From contig OZ316898.1 of NCBI GenBank assembly GCA_973895155.1, forward strand, positions 15,034,330 to 15,098,329: DNA of 64,000 nucleotides. Reading direction: 5' to 3'. This DNA is from Marsupella aquatica. Taxonomy: Eukaryota; Plantae; Marchantiophyta. Below, piece after piece: positions 14,184 to 26,763 of this stretch (within the stretch, counting starts at the first letter, position 1; each line of letters starts with the position of its first letter). Both the position numbers and the translations under genes were made by a program. The notes beneath the pieces are model-generated. The model was not told the DNA's origin. It saw only the letters and a list, made by a program, of their open reading frames with translations, and searched no databases.

Positions 14184-15012
14184 CGGGGGCAGGAGTCGTG
14201 TGGTTGGACGTTATTTTGGTTAACATAGCGGGATACGTTTATGCTTGGGGTTTAATATGTTGTGGGGGCCTTTGTAAATTTGATCATAGGGGACATGGCA
14301 ACCTATGCATCGGACCATGATGGGGGCAGGCATTGTCGGCACAGATACCATCATCATCATCATAGGGGGACGTATGATGAGTCGGATAGGCAAAGGGATG
14401 ACTCGTGTGACGATGACGATGAGCATGGCGGTAGTTCTCACCGACATAGACACCATCATCGGCATAGGGGGGGTTCAGCTTCATTGGGCTATAGGAGCGA
14501 TGACGAGCGACGGAGGAGGAGGGATGACGAGGGAGGGAGGAGGAGGGATGACTCATCCTATGAGGACCATGGTGGGGGTCTTACACCCAACGCAGAGATG
14601 ACCATCATCATAGGGGGAGGGAAAACCTGTCGGACCGGGAGAGAGATTACTCACCACACATGTATGATCAATCTAGGCGTCATTGATCCAGGCATCATCG
14701 ACGCAGACATCGTTCCGAGGGCAGGAGAGGCCGGAGCCCCCATCGTGCTGATAGATTTGGAGAGGCCATGGCTGCTCTTCAGGGGATTGGGCCAGTTCAC
14801 AAGATGCCTTGCCCTTGCAGACGATGCAAGGGTGTTGTCTTACACGAGAGGACCACTGTCCTTAGCCATTTAGGGATCCATGGTCGTTACACCCCCCGAC
14901 CCGAGAGGTAATACAATTTTGTTGGGTATTGCAATTATGATAACATCTCCTTCCTTGAATTATTTTTTGATTGTCATATTCTGAACTTGTTTTGGTGGAA
15001 CATGTGGAACAG

Positions 15013-15830
15013 ATTCCTGTTGTAGTGCGATCTTCGCCTGTGGACCGCTTGAGAGACATTGCATATCGTGCACTCGCACCACTCGTCCATCCATCCAATT
15101 TGCCAGCCACATTGAGGGAGATAGACCGTGTATTTCGTAGGAGGAGGAGAGTGTTTAGGATGCACCCTATTGAGAGGGGAGTAGTGGTGACCACTAGACC
15201 CCGATCGATTGAGTCCCGTCCACCTAGGATTGTTCCGCCCCGATGCCCTTTTCTTGATGCATCGGTGTCCCGGGCACCGAGATAGTTGCGAGGGAGAGCC
15301 TTGGACATCTTAAAGGACTCCTTCCCAGCCCAATTTGGACTCCCTATGGACCTCCCGCTTTGGGAGCCTATTATAGTTTGGGACCGCCCATGGGTCATCC
15401 TCCCCTCCACATTGGGGACTCATGTAGGACTTGGAGTATTTGCTCTTGTGGATATCGTGGTCCTACCGGTTGTGCACCCGATGATTTGCCTCAGTTGTTT
15501 CCATTCTATGGGCCCAAGTATTTGGCGGCGAGATGGCGCATCTTTTCCCGACAGTTCCCAGCCTTTAGTCAATATGGCATGTCACTAAAGTTGGACCCTA
15601 GGTATGCTCAGATTGATGGTTACCCACCTCGCACGGGGAACTTGGCGGGTTACATCAACAGCACTATTGGTTCTCGGCGTTAAGGGTTTAGGCCAAACGC
15701 TGAGTGGCACGAGTTCCATGACCAGAGTCACCCTCGTTTGCCTGTAGCATGCACGCATTACATCTTGACACATGCTACCCGCACCATTAGAGCAGGGGAA
15801 GAGATTCTCGTAGATTATGATTGGCATTGA
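15013..15830 (+). pseudogene. SET-domain (lysine methyltransferase-like) exon carried by the CACTA element
   Basis: Reconstructed as GLGVFALVDI..LFPFYGP..QIDGYPPRTGNLAGYINS..PNAEW..HATRTIRAGEEILVDY. Stops at 15283-85 (TAG) and 15681-83 (TAA); frameshift at ~15479. Confidence 0.85.
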
Positions 15831-15937
15831 TGTTTACATGTGTACATGACATATTCATTATGGGGTGACCCTTGAATTTTTCATTATTGATGTTTCATTG
15901 TAAGCTTTCTCATGGAAACCCTTTCTCTAATTGTGAT

Positions 15938-16234
15938 CTCAGGGGTCTCACTATATGGGGACCTCCCCATCGCCTGCGACGTTTTTAGGCCTCGGACCCC
16001 CTAAAATGTAAGAAAAAAAATTTATTTTTTAACCCCTATAAAGTTGGAATATTCTTGGAATATTCTAAAAATTGGATTAAAAGGACCCTAATGTTCTTAT
16101 AAGTCTCAAAATTGAATTTAAAAGACTCTATTGTTCTTCTACAAAAATTCTTAAGTCTTCCCTTAGAACCAATAAAATGACCCTATCCTTCGTCACACGT
16201 GATATGCCATTTTTGTGGAAGTGAAACCCCCGAG
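15938..16234 (+). mobile_element. MITE family copy B, in a CACTA transposase intron
   Basis: Ends CTCAGGGGTCTCACT / AGTGAAACCCCCGAG, flanked by AT on both sides. Confidence 0.85.
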
Positions 16235-19200
16235 ATTGCGATCTGTCATTGCATATTGAAAACTCTAGGATGGTGTACATATTACTCCCACACCTCACCC
16301 ATCAATGATGACTACATCAACCCGTGCCTTTCACATACGTGCCACCTTACATTTCTCAGACGAGGAGGATGCTGAGGGTGAGCCCGATGACCATGATGAG
16401 ATGGACGATGAGGATGAGGAGTACCATGATGCATATGATGGAGAGTTGGATGATGATGTTGATGATGAGGGAGATGAGGGAGATGACCCTATCCTTGAAG
16501 AAGATGCCTTTGCCCACCTTGTTGACGTTCACTTTGGACCTCATGCACCTGACGCCGAGCACCCTATCATGGAAGTGGATCAAGAAGATTGGGATCACTT
16601 GGAGACTGAAGCCAAAACACCACTATTTGAGGGATCTCCATCCTCACGGTAAGGTTGTCCTAAAATTATCACAACTCTGGAATTTCATCTAGTGAATATT
16701 GGGCAGTCTAAGTTGTAGTGCCAGGCATGCCATCTAGCTACTTGGACTAACTGCAAAAAGTCTGGTGTTTGTGGTTTTGCAAAGATTCCAGGTTGGGTGC
16801 AACTTTGTTGATGTTGAATTTGCAAGGAGTTTTCAATGGTTTGGATGTCCATACAGATGCACTCTTCCAATTGTTCCACGGCAAACTCTTGCCCCAACCA
16901 AACACTCTCCTTGGATGTGTGAGGGAGGCTAAGAAGTTGTTAGTTTCAATTGGATTGGCTTTAGAGACTATCCACATGTGCTTGGCAGGTGGGTGCATCT
17001 TGTATATATAGAGGAGTGTATAAGGATCACACTCACTGCCCAAAGGAGCACTATAGGCTTTCACGGTATCGACCAGACACCATTGGAGACAAGATTGCAG
17101 AAAAGGTAATGTTTTCCTCAACGCAATGTGAGAACAAGAAAGTCCAACTTTTAAAGTTGCATTCTTTCAAACAACGTCGTACATGACGTTGTAATTGATT
17201 ACTTTACGTCGTCCATCTCACTTTATGTCTTTCCACCTGATGTTTTTTTGTTTTTACGTCGTATGGGATGCAGTAACTAACGTCGCATCTTACATTGTAT
17301 GTAAGAAATGTCGTCCTCCACGATGTTAGTTTTAATAGTACGTAGTGTGGAAGGACGTTTAGTGTGATTGTCATTGAATTGACGACATTACATTGGATCT
17401 GGCAGGTTTTTCGTTATTTCCCAATCACTCCCCGACTTCAGCATCTCTACCGACGAAAGCACTTATCCACACTACATACTTGGCATGTGGAGAACAAATC
17501 CCCACTAGGGATAATGCAATACCACCAAGATAGTCCAGCGTGGAAGCACATTAATGCCACTTGGCCAAATTTTTCCCAAGAGCCAAGAAATGTTCGTTTG
17601 GGGTTGGCAATCGATGGAGTGAACCCATATAAACAATGATGGAAGCCTAAGTCCATCTGGCCTGTTCTTTTGATAAATCATAACATCCCTCCATGGTTGG
17701 CAATGAAGAAGGGTCATGTGCTTCTATTAGCTATAATTCCTGGACCCAAGGCCTGTAAGAATCCTGATATCTGTTTGGCTCCAGCTTATGAAGAGCTACA
17801 TAATCTGTGGGAGGTTGGAGCAGTGACAACAGATGTCACTCGTGAAGCAGGCAATGGCAGGACCTTCAATATGAGGGTGATGATCACTCATTGCACCACA
17901 GATGGTCTAGGTAATTCATTGGGCAACCCAATGGCTATTGTTTGCACAATGTCATGTACAATGCAAGTGTTGGGGTTATTTGTGGTCTGAACATGGTTCA
18001 ATGAAATGGCAGGTATGAAGACAATATCTGGCCTGAAGGTGGCAGCTTTTTCAGCTTGCCCTTCATGTGGCCCAGAGTTGCGTGGGAGGTACTCAAGACT
18101 ACTGCACAAAACCACATATGAGGGCAGTAGGGTCCGGTTGGCAATGGATGACCACTTGCGACAAAACACAACACATTGGGCAGAGACTGAAGTGCGGCCA
18201 TGTCCTAATGGCCCTTCAGTTGAAGGACAAATTCAAATGGCAGAGAAGGTGGAAGCAAAGTTACTGAAACCCAAGGATTGTGGAGCAAACCGACGCTCAG
18301 CTATGTGGGACTTGCCTTATTGGAGGGTAAGTGATAGAAGTGCATGGTTCCTTTACAGCAAATTAGACCAATAAAATGCTTAATTTAGAGATTGCAACTG
18401 ATTCAATATGTTATTTCAATTTCCAAAGACTCCAGGTTCGATGGTTGTTGGACCCCATGCACATTGAAGTGAATGTTGCTAAGAACTTGGTGAAGCACAT
18501 TTATGGGACGAATGACACTTGGGGGGTCCGAGAGGATGCTGAGAGGGTTGGAGTAGTGAAGAGTTGTTGGATAACACGTACTGGGGAGAAACCTCCTGGT
18601 CCTTGGATTTAATTTGCCAAGAGAGGTTTTGAAGGACATGAATGGGATGATAAGCAAGATGAAGTTCCCTAGCCATTACGGAGCTGGTTTTTGTGGGTGC
18701 ACTACAAGGAATGATCACATACCCCCAATAGGGTTGAAGTCTCATGATTATCACAAGTTGATACAACATGTGCTACCAGCAGTCTTGCGTTGTTGTGATG
18801 ATTCCCGAGAGCATCGTTTACTCCGTCTGACTATATATGAGATGTGCTCCATTTTCAGGTATGATAACGTACCCTCTCTTCCATTGCTCTCTTGCAAGTT
18901 CTTGTTACCACTGGAGGAGCCCTGTAATTCAACAAGTATTTCAAACTCATTTTTCTATGGCCCTATGTGGATCTGATATACAAAATCTTTGATGGTTTTG
19001 AGGAGGAACATAGGCGGGTATGCGCTAAGGAGATAAAGGAGTCTGAGATTCCTTTGATGAGGGAGAGGTCAGCTCGCGTGATGTGCAATATGGAGAAGGT
19101 GTTTCCCCCATGCATATTTGACATGCAATTGCATTTACTATGTCACTTGGTGGATGAGGTCACGATTGCTGGTCCTGTCCATGCACGTTGGATGTATTGG

Positions 19201-20765
19201 GTAGAGCGCTTCATGAAAGTGCTCAAGTCCGGTGCGTCAACCAGCTCGACCAGAGGGAGGTATGGCAACGGGGTATATCATTTCGGAGTGCCTCTTTTAT
19301 TCCGGAGGGATGATAGGGAGTTTGGACACAGAAGCTCCCACAGCTTGGGAAGAGGCACAAGATGATGACAATGTGGGTTGCGTTTGATGGGTGCATCAAA
19401 AAAGCGTTCACTACATGACAACATACTTTGCCTACAGATCCACAATTATGTGTTGGGAAATCGCCCAGAGATATCTCAGTGGAGGGAGTTGCATAGGTAC
19501 ATATATGCAATTCTATATATATGTTAATCTAACAGTAGACGTTGTTCTACATTCTATGTGACTGTGTAGAAGTTAGAGTGGGTTCAAGGAGCACTTCTTT
19601 GGATTGTGCAATATTCTCATGGATTCATACATTTTTTGCAGTGCATTCTTGGAGCAGCAACCGATAGTTCCACGATGGTATGCATTATTTCGCGTATGGG
19701 CATTGGAGCGCATGGATCCTTATCCATTCCCATTGATGTACAGAACATCATTAGGGGACCAGGGTTGTGGGCAACGACCCATACACACATGTATGAGTCA
19801 GGGCACCACTTTTGCACTTGGAGGATAGATCACATGAAGAAGAGTACATGTAACTCAGGAGTGTTCATGTTGACAGACCCAGGTGATGTTGAGATTCCCT
19901 ATTGTGGCACTGTATTGGATATTTTAGACGTTCACTTTGGGTCATTTAATACTACTGTGTTAGAGGTGCGGTGGCACAAATCCATCATGTCCCCTCCACA
20001 TAGAGCCACCATGGTGAAAGATGAGTGTGGGTTCTATCGGGTAGACACGACTCGTGTAGCACCATCCGGGACTGAGGTTAGTGACACTATAGTATTTCCT
20101 AGCCAGGTGGATCAGTGTATTATGGTTCCGATGCACACTATGAGAGGATGGTCCATCGTCATTCCCATCTTCCCACGACAGAGGAAGGGTTTGATGGCAT
20201 CAGTAATTGTAGATGATATGGATCCATGACCATAAATGTATTCAGTGCATGTATATATTTGTTATGGCCACCTTCATGTGGGTTTGTAGCATCTGTGGGT
20301 AACGTCGTTGTATGACTATTACGTCCGGTAGACCAATGTATCTTCAAACTACGTCGTACCAGGCAGACGTTAATTCCAATTAACGTCGTTTTATTGAGCC
20401 TTCAACGACGTTAATTTACCCACGACCCAGTTTACGTTATTCCACACGACGTTGATTCTCCACATACAATGATGTTACACTAACTTACGTCATTTTAGGG
20501 TATGTATTAAACCAAAGACGTCGTGTATTGCAACGTTACTATATCCGCGCGACGTTAATGACAGTGGTGACATTAATTGGCACATGCATTCAAAATGAAA
20601 AACATGAGGGAGTCTTTATTCAGATTCAGTATGATATAGAGATACAAAGGTCCTACAAAGCACATTGCATGTCCACCACAAAGCGACTACAACCTAGCCG
20701 AATCACTAAACTGCCTCATCCACTAACATCCAGATTGTTGCTACTTAAGGAGTTCCTTCACCAGA

Positions 20766-21513
20766 CTAGTAGTACTCCTCATTTGCCTTCCTTCTTTTGT
20801 AAGAATCATGCCTCTGCCTCTGGTTCCATTTCTTTCGGACGACCTCTTCCCCAGCCTTTAGCCTTTCAGCCTCAACCTCAGTTGCACAACTTTCCTTGTA
20901 ATCATACAAGACAATGTGAAGTTCAGTCGGAGACAGCTCACATTTGGGCAATGTAGGTGGATATGCCTCCCCATCATCTGGGTTGGGTGCCTCATCCAAC
21001 ATCTGATCATCACCTGGATGCAACAGGAAGTCTCCTGGATCCAACTGTTTGTTGGCCAGAATTGAGCACTCTACCCAACGGATAGAAAAGAAATGAATTG
21101 TCTCTGCAAAGTGCTTGATCAATCCATGGTAGTCACTGAAGTGCTCAACAACTTATTTCCACGTATAGGCCAGCAAGTAGTCTGTTTCCAAGGTACACAA
21201 CTTCTCAATAACACACGTCCCCGACAAAAGAACCCACGTGTAGTCTTGTCCTCTTCACCAAGTGGAAGGAAGCAACAATGCACATCCTTGAAGAACTTGC
21301 GCACCATGACTGAACACTAAGTCTAGATCCCACGCTGCAATTTCTCTGTACTCAGGAAGAGTGCATTCTCCAAAAATCACAAACGCAAGCCTACTTTGGT
21401 CTCAGCACTCTTAAACCAAAATCCTCCCGTAGAAAATACTCGAGTCAGCATGGACTACTCCTCATTCAAGTCATCCGCACCAATGTACTCAACGTCTAAC
21501 ATGGCTTGATTCA
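20766..21513 (-). pseudogene. Unknown ~250-codon ORF inside the CACTA element, convergent with TnpD
   Basis: One frame from ~21460 to 20766 interrupted only by TAA/TGA codons, which are consistent with C>T from CAA/CGA. One probable frameshift near 21460. Confidence 0.55.
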
Positions 21514-23952
21514 TTTGGAACGTCCTACAGAGCAACGTTACCACTTTGACGGCTCTCTCCACGACGTAAACATTGACGTCATGATACCCTAAACACATTA
21601 CGTCCTCGACTACGACGCTAATATTGAACGACGACCAAAATGACGTTTAGGACAGCTCATCCAGAGACGTTAATTGTAAACATGTTTTCAGGGACGTTAA
21701 AATGGGGGCAATTGGCGCTTAGATTTCTCCGACGTCTTAGTTACGTCGGACGTAGTTATAAACATAGTCATGGCAGTCATTAATTATATTAACAACGATT
21801 ATGAGGAGGTATTGTTAGCATCCGACGCAACAAAATCTAGTTGTGCCCCCTACAGTGGGCCCCCTACAGTTGTTGAACGTTGTGTTTAGCTGCCTCTCTG
21901 TTTAGGCTAACCTCTATCTTGGTGCCAGCCTCCCCAGCTCTTGGGATTTTGCCTTGGTTCCCCGTGGGTGTTGTCCCCCTCTTTTGTGGGCCACCCTGTT
22001 GTACACTATCTTTTTTATGGATTTCAATTGGATGTTTCAAGGAATGGAAGAAGAGTGTAGAGAAGGCAGTATAGTACATCATCTTCAGGATGGCCTTTGG
22101 CATCAACAGCTTACCCTAGCTTAGTTTTATGAAAGCAATTCAAAGAGACAGGCTCTCTTGGATATCTTATGTGGATATCTTATGCTGGGATATGATCTAG
22201 ACAAAACAAGATAGCATCAACATCATGTGTGAACATTCATCAATAGACTCCAACACTGAAAGTGCGTGGTTCACCCTGTCAGGGTTACGTCCATGACTGT
22301 GAGAGGAATCCAGTAATGCAAAATGATTACACCCGCCATAGCCAATGCGCTAGAGCTCCTCCTCTCCCTCTCTATCCTCAAGAGTGAACCTTCAAGTGTG
22401 AACACAAGTTTGTGTTCCCCTTGCGTATACCCCCTCCCATGGTCTATGGGAACCTGGAACTCAAACTAGTCTAGCTCCTAGCAAGGCTCCTAGTCTACTG
22501 AAATCTAGCTAGTACTATGGAAGTATATAGGTTATACTAGAGGCATAACCTAACAGCTTAGATCAAGTCGCAGTTTGGATGTCTTTGTCATTCATCTTTT
22601 TCATTGGGGAACTAGTTTCTCATAGTTAAAGCAACCATTGGCAATCATGGGTCACTCAATATTATGTTTCCAGATTGGAAATCGCCCCCAAAATTGCCAT
22701 CTGAGGTGTTGTTTGTTGCAAGGGCAATCTCTTGCAAGAATATAAATAAAGTGGCAAAGGGTCTGTGCAATTTTGTTCAGTACCTATTTCTTCATTTATA
22801 TACGAATAAATCTGAATTTTTGTTCATTTGCAATTTTCCGCTTGGCACAAAATTATAGCAACTTAGAAGAATTTAAATGTGAAGCTATGATGGACCTTCA
22901 TGTTGGACACATTGCTCCCATACCATATTTACGGACTCCCATGAGGGGTCCCTTGCAAAATTTGAGACTCCACAGCGCGCCACATCATCATAGAGTGCTG
23001 CAAACAAGAACAAATTTGTTTCCAGGCAAATTAAAATAACTCCTCCTTTCATGTTTGTGCCAAGTTCTAGGTAAAATTTAGGGCACCATGCCGTAAAACA
23101 GAATGTAATTTTATTTGACATAACCATTCTAGTTACCTTTTCTTCTTATTAAGTAAAAACATAAGATAAGTAATAAATACTTGAACATTCACAACAATTT
23201 AAACGGTTGCCAAAATTATGGCAACCATGTAACCAACTTTGCATTTGGTAATAGGCAAGCAAAGTATTCTAGAAGCTGGTTGTTTAATTGCCCGAAAGAA
23301 ACAACACACTGATCAACATTAGAGGATTTTGAAGTCCACAAATCTCCAAGAATCCGGAGGCATGATCACGCACCAGCTATTACTTAGTCCATTAAACCAG
23401 AAAAATCAATCAAATCATGAACAAACTGAGCGATGGAGAGAAACAATCCGGACTCAATGCTAAGAGAAATTGGACAGATTTGAGATGAATTGAAAGAGAT
23501 TCTAGGACAGAAAAAAAAACAAGCCAGGTAATTGATCAGATCATAAACATAGTGTAGAGTTGTGGCCCGATCAAGAAACTGGATGAGAGAAACTGGTTGA
23601 GACAAAAAGAAAACACAAGCTCTAATATTTCATATTAGCACAATGAATCTAACAGATTGAATTAACCCATCCGCATTGCATATGAATCACTCAAGCAAAA
23701 TGGTAAAAAATTCACTCTCATTTTGATGAAGTGTAGTTTACCTAAGTCTTCTCTAGCACATCCTCAAAACTAATTTTTTTTAATTATGAACATAAAATTA
23801 TTACAATTAAACTCAGATTCACGCATTTTCAAAGACAAGCCTTGTGGTCTCAGAATGGAATGTGTAAGTTCCAATATATGCAAACTCATTATTACATGTC
23901 AATTCATAATAGTCAAAGCATAAGTTATCAAAACACTAATCACATGGTGTAA

Positions 23953-24243
23953 CTCAGAGGTTTCACTTCCACAAAAATGGCACATCATGTGTGACGACGA
24001 ATAGAGTGATTTTATTGGTTCAAAGGGAAAACTTAAAAATTTTCTCAGAAGAACAACAGGGCCTTTTAAATCCAATTTTGAGACTTATGAAAACATTAGA
24101 GTACTTCTAACCAAAATGTTAGAATATTTCAAAAATATTCTAACTTTATAGGGGCTGAAATTTTTTCTTGCATTAAGGGGATCCAAGGCCTAAAAACATT
24201 GCAGATAATGGGGAGATCTCCATATACTAGTAAGACCCCCAAG
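23953..24243 (-). mobile_element. MITE family copy C (inverted)
   Basis: Reverse-complement similarity to copies A and B, including TIR cores. Confidence 0.8.
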
Positions 24244-24857
24244 AGTGTACCATGGAAAGGTGCAGGGTTGGGCCATGTTCCCGGGAGCCTGGAGTTCTGC
24301 ACACACACCAATTACCCCAGGGTGAGGGGTACACCCCCCAAGTTGGATCACAACTTTAATGTGGTCAAGCCTAAGGTATTGAGAAACTTAGTATGATGCC
24401 ACACACCAATCATTATCATTCAATTCCCAAAGATTAGGGGTCCATCGACACATATTGCTTCTCATGACCTAAGGGAAGTTGGCTCAATGGCAGTTACGGG
24501 CTCTGATTTTCTTTGGCGGTGCTCGAATAAAAGGCTGTGTGAGAAGCCTCATTAACTCACTGTTAGACAACGTTATTTGAAACACCATGTGAGACTGCAG
24601 CTACAAATATGGGGCAAGTCCGATGTGACAAAATTAAGTATAGTGAACGTAACAGGGAATTTCCATGCAACCCTTTGCATGTCTTTGATGCAAAGATGCT
24701 CTATAAGCTGCAAATGAGCATCTATTTGCACAAGAATAGTCTTCTTCGCGACATTACTGATGGGAGTACTATTGAGGTCATTGGCAATCCACTTTGGACA
24801 GGTTAGTCATTTATCATTCATTCTGCAGCTCGTTGCTTTGCTAAACCGGTACGGTAC

Positions 24858-25050
24858 TGCACAATGTAGTGTTAAAAAATGGGCAGGGTCATGGCACTGT
24901 ATTTGAATCATGTACCCAGGGTGTTATATAAGTTTTGACTATCAGTTTTCATGTTTTTAATTCCACAATGTAGTGTTAAGAAATGGGGCACTATTTGAAT
25001 AATACACCTGGGGTGTTTTAAATGAGTTTTGATTATCTCTTTTCATTTTT
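24858..25050. repeat. ~100-bp imperfect tandem duplication
   Basis: CACAATGTAGTGTTAA..ATTTGAAT..AGTTTTGA occurs twice. Confidence 0.7.
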
Positions 25051-26763
25051 TCAATTGCACAATATAATGTTCAAACATGAGAGTTGTATTTGAATATTGT
25101 GTTTCATGTATTTGAAACTTTTGTGCTCAATGTAGAACAATTTGGGGCCAAAACTCATATTGAAGACGTGTTTGAGTTTAACTATCCTTTTTGTCACTAG
25201 ACCCACAAATTTCCATTGTTGAATACAATGCCATGACACTCTGTTCAGGGGAAACATTAGTGTCAGCAAAGTAAGAGGAAACCCACTCCCAACATTCACA
25301 AATGTTCTTGTAGAATCCAAGATCACAAACCAGGTTATGACCGTAATATCTGCTCCACCTGTTGAGCTTCAATAATTCTTGCAGACTGAGTATGTGAAAA
25401 TCACCTCCAGGCTAGTGTGGGTTTTTGGATCTTAAGCAGTAGTATCATGGAAGAACCATTGTGCCCCTCATAAATAAAACACCAATTGAAGTATTTGAAA
25501 TTTAGATCTCTTCAGATATCATATTATCATGTGCAATATGGTGGGCTGTTCTGAAAATGGGGAGAAAACCTATATTATCATATGCAACCACTCTTTCTTA
25601 ACCTTAAGTATGTCAGTGCCTCCTTTCCATCGAGCCTCTAGCTTCACTATTAGCAATCCAGCATTAACTTCGTACTAGCCTTGACCATGGCAACGCTATG
25701 CAGCAAAATAGCAATAAAAACCATGGACTTCAGAGCGTCCTATCGATTCTTCTTCTTTTTGTAGTACACTACACCATGGGAACTGATATGCTAGAACGAC
25801 AAGCTTTCTGTAGAAGGGATCGAATCACCACCAAATATGAGTCAAAGATATTTACATTGAAAACGTTTTCTGCCAAGTACAACGATTTATGGTTTTAGCC
25901 TTCCAACCAATTCCACCTTTTCTCATGGTCTTCCCGTCTGAATGTAAACTCTTCCAAACCTATCACATGAACACCTTGCATCCGTCATTTTAAGAGCCAA
26001 CAATGGTACCGCCCACGACCCCACTGCACAAGTAACTGAGCGGATGACATTAAAAGATTCATGTAAGGCTACCAGACTTCAGACCCACACATGAAGCTGT
26101 TAGTGGGCACTTTAAAAGTAACTTGTCAAACTGGCACAAACTGTGCAGTAGAATGGGAAAAAGTTAATGTAACAAATCCCTTGTTGCAAGGACATCCATT
26201 TCAGAAATATGTTACTATTTAAGCAGACCTTTCAAAACTAATGTTCGATATTTCTGCCAAGCTGCTTGCTTTTCATTAAGGGATTTGGATCTAATCAAAC
26301 AAGGCGATGGGTTCCAAGAAAACAAGATAACAGTAGGATCTTCTTTACTTGCCCAGACTAGAAGGATGTACTTCAGCATGGATATGCACAGTACGTCTTA
26401 CTTATGTCTGCTACAGTCCTATACAGCTCTCCATCACGGAAGACTTGTAGAGGTTGGGAAGAAGAAAACTTGAACTCCTGGTCAAACTTGACTACAGCAA
26501 CCTGTAGAAGGCTTAAGCTATGCGACCCAGAATCAAGGTTATAAACGATAGAAGGTACTTTAGTAGGGCTACATGAGGGCCCTCCGATGGGATGCTTACC
26601 AGCAAGCATCACAAGTACATAGAGGACGAAAAAATACCACTCCACTTCAAATTATAGAGATAGAATTTCCATGGAAAAAAATTGGGAGAAACTGACTCAT
26701 CTATCAACACGCACATCCTAGATTGATGAGTATGAAACAAGTTTCCAGCGGGTCCCATCCTAA

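Larger units (their letters stand above)
14295..20229 (+). pseudogene. CACTA TnpD transposase (Transpos_assoc + Transposase_21 + DUF4218/DUF4216-type regions), multi-exon, disrupted
   Basis: Exon 1 has PCPCRRCKG..TVLSHLGIHG, followed by an acidic exon. Core motifs FRYFPITPRLQ, DSPAWKHIN, EPRNVRLGLAIDGVNPY, SIWPVLLINHNIPPW, LDPMHIEVNV, GLKSHDYH, FDMQLHLLCHLVDE, GPVHARWMYWVERFMK, KDECGF. Several stops and frameshifts. Confidence 0.95.
11554..21845. mobile_element. CACTA/EnSpm (CMC) DNA transposon with four coding units
   Basis: TnpD-type transposase and a TnpA-like gene. Degenerate TIRs CACGGCTACATTAT (11554) / AAAATCTAGTTGTG (21832-21845), 10/14 match. Subterminal ACGT-core repeats at both ends. 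Exact ends and TSD uncertain. Confidence 0.85.

Noticed and set aside
14220-14601. Met/Ile-rich ORFs on both strands
   Set aside because: Shadow frames of the low-complexity exon 1 of TnpD.
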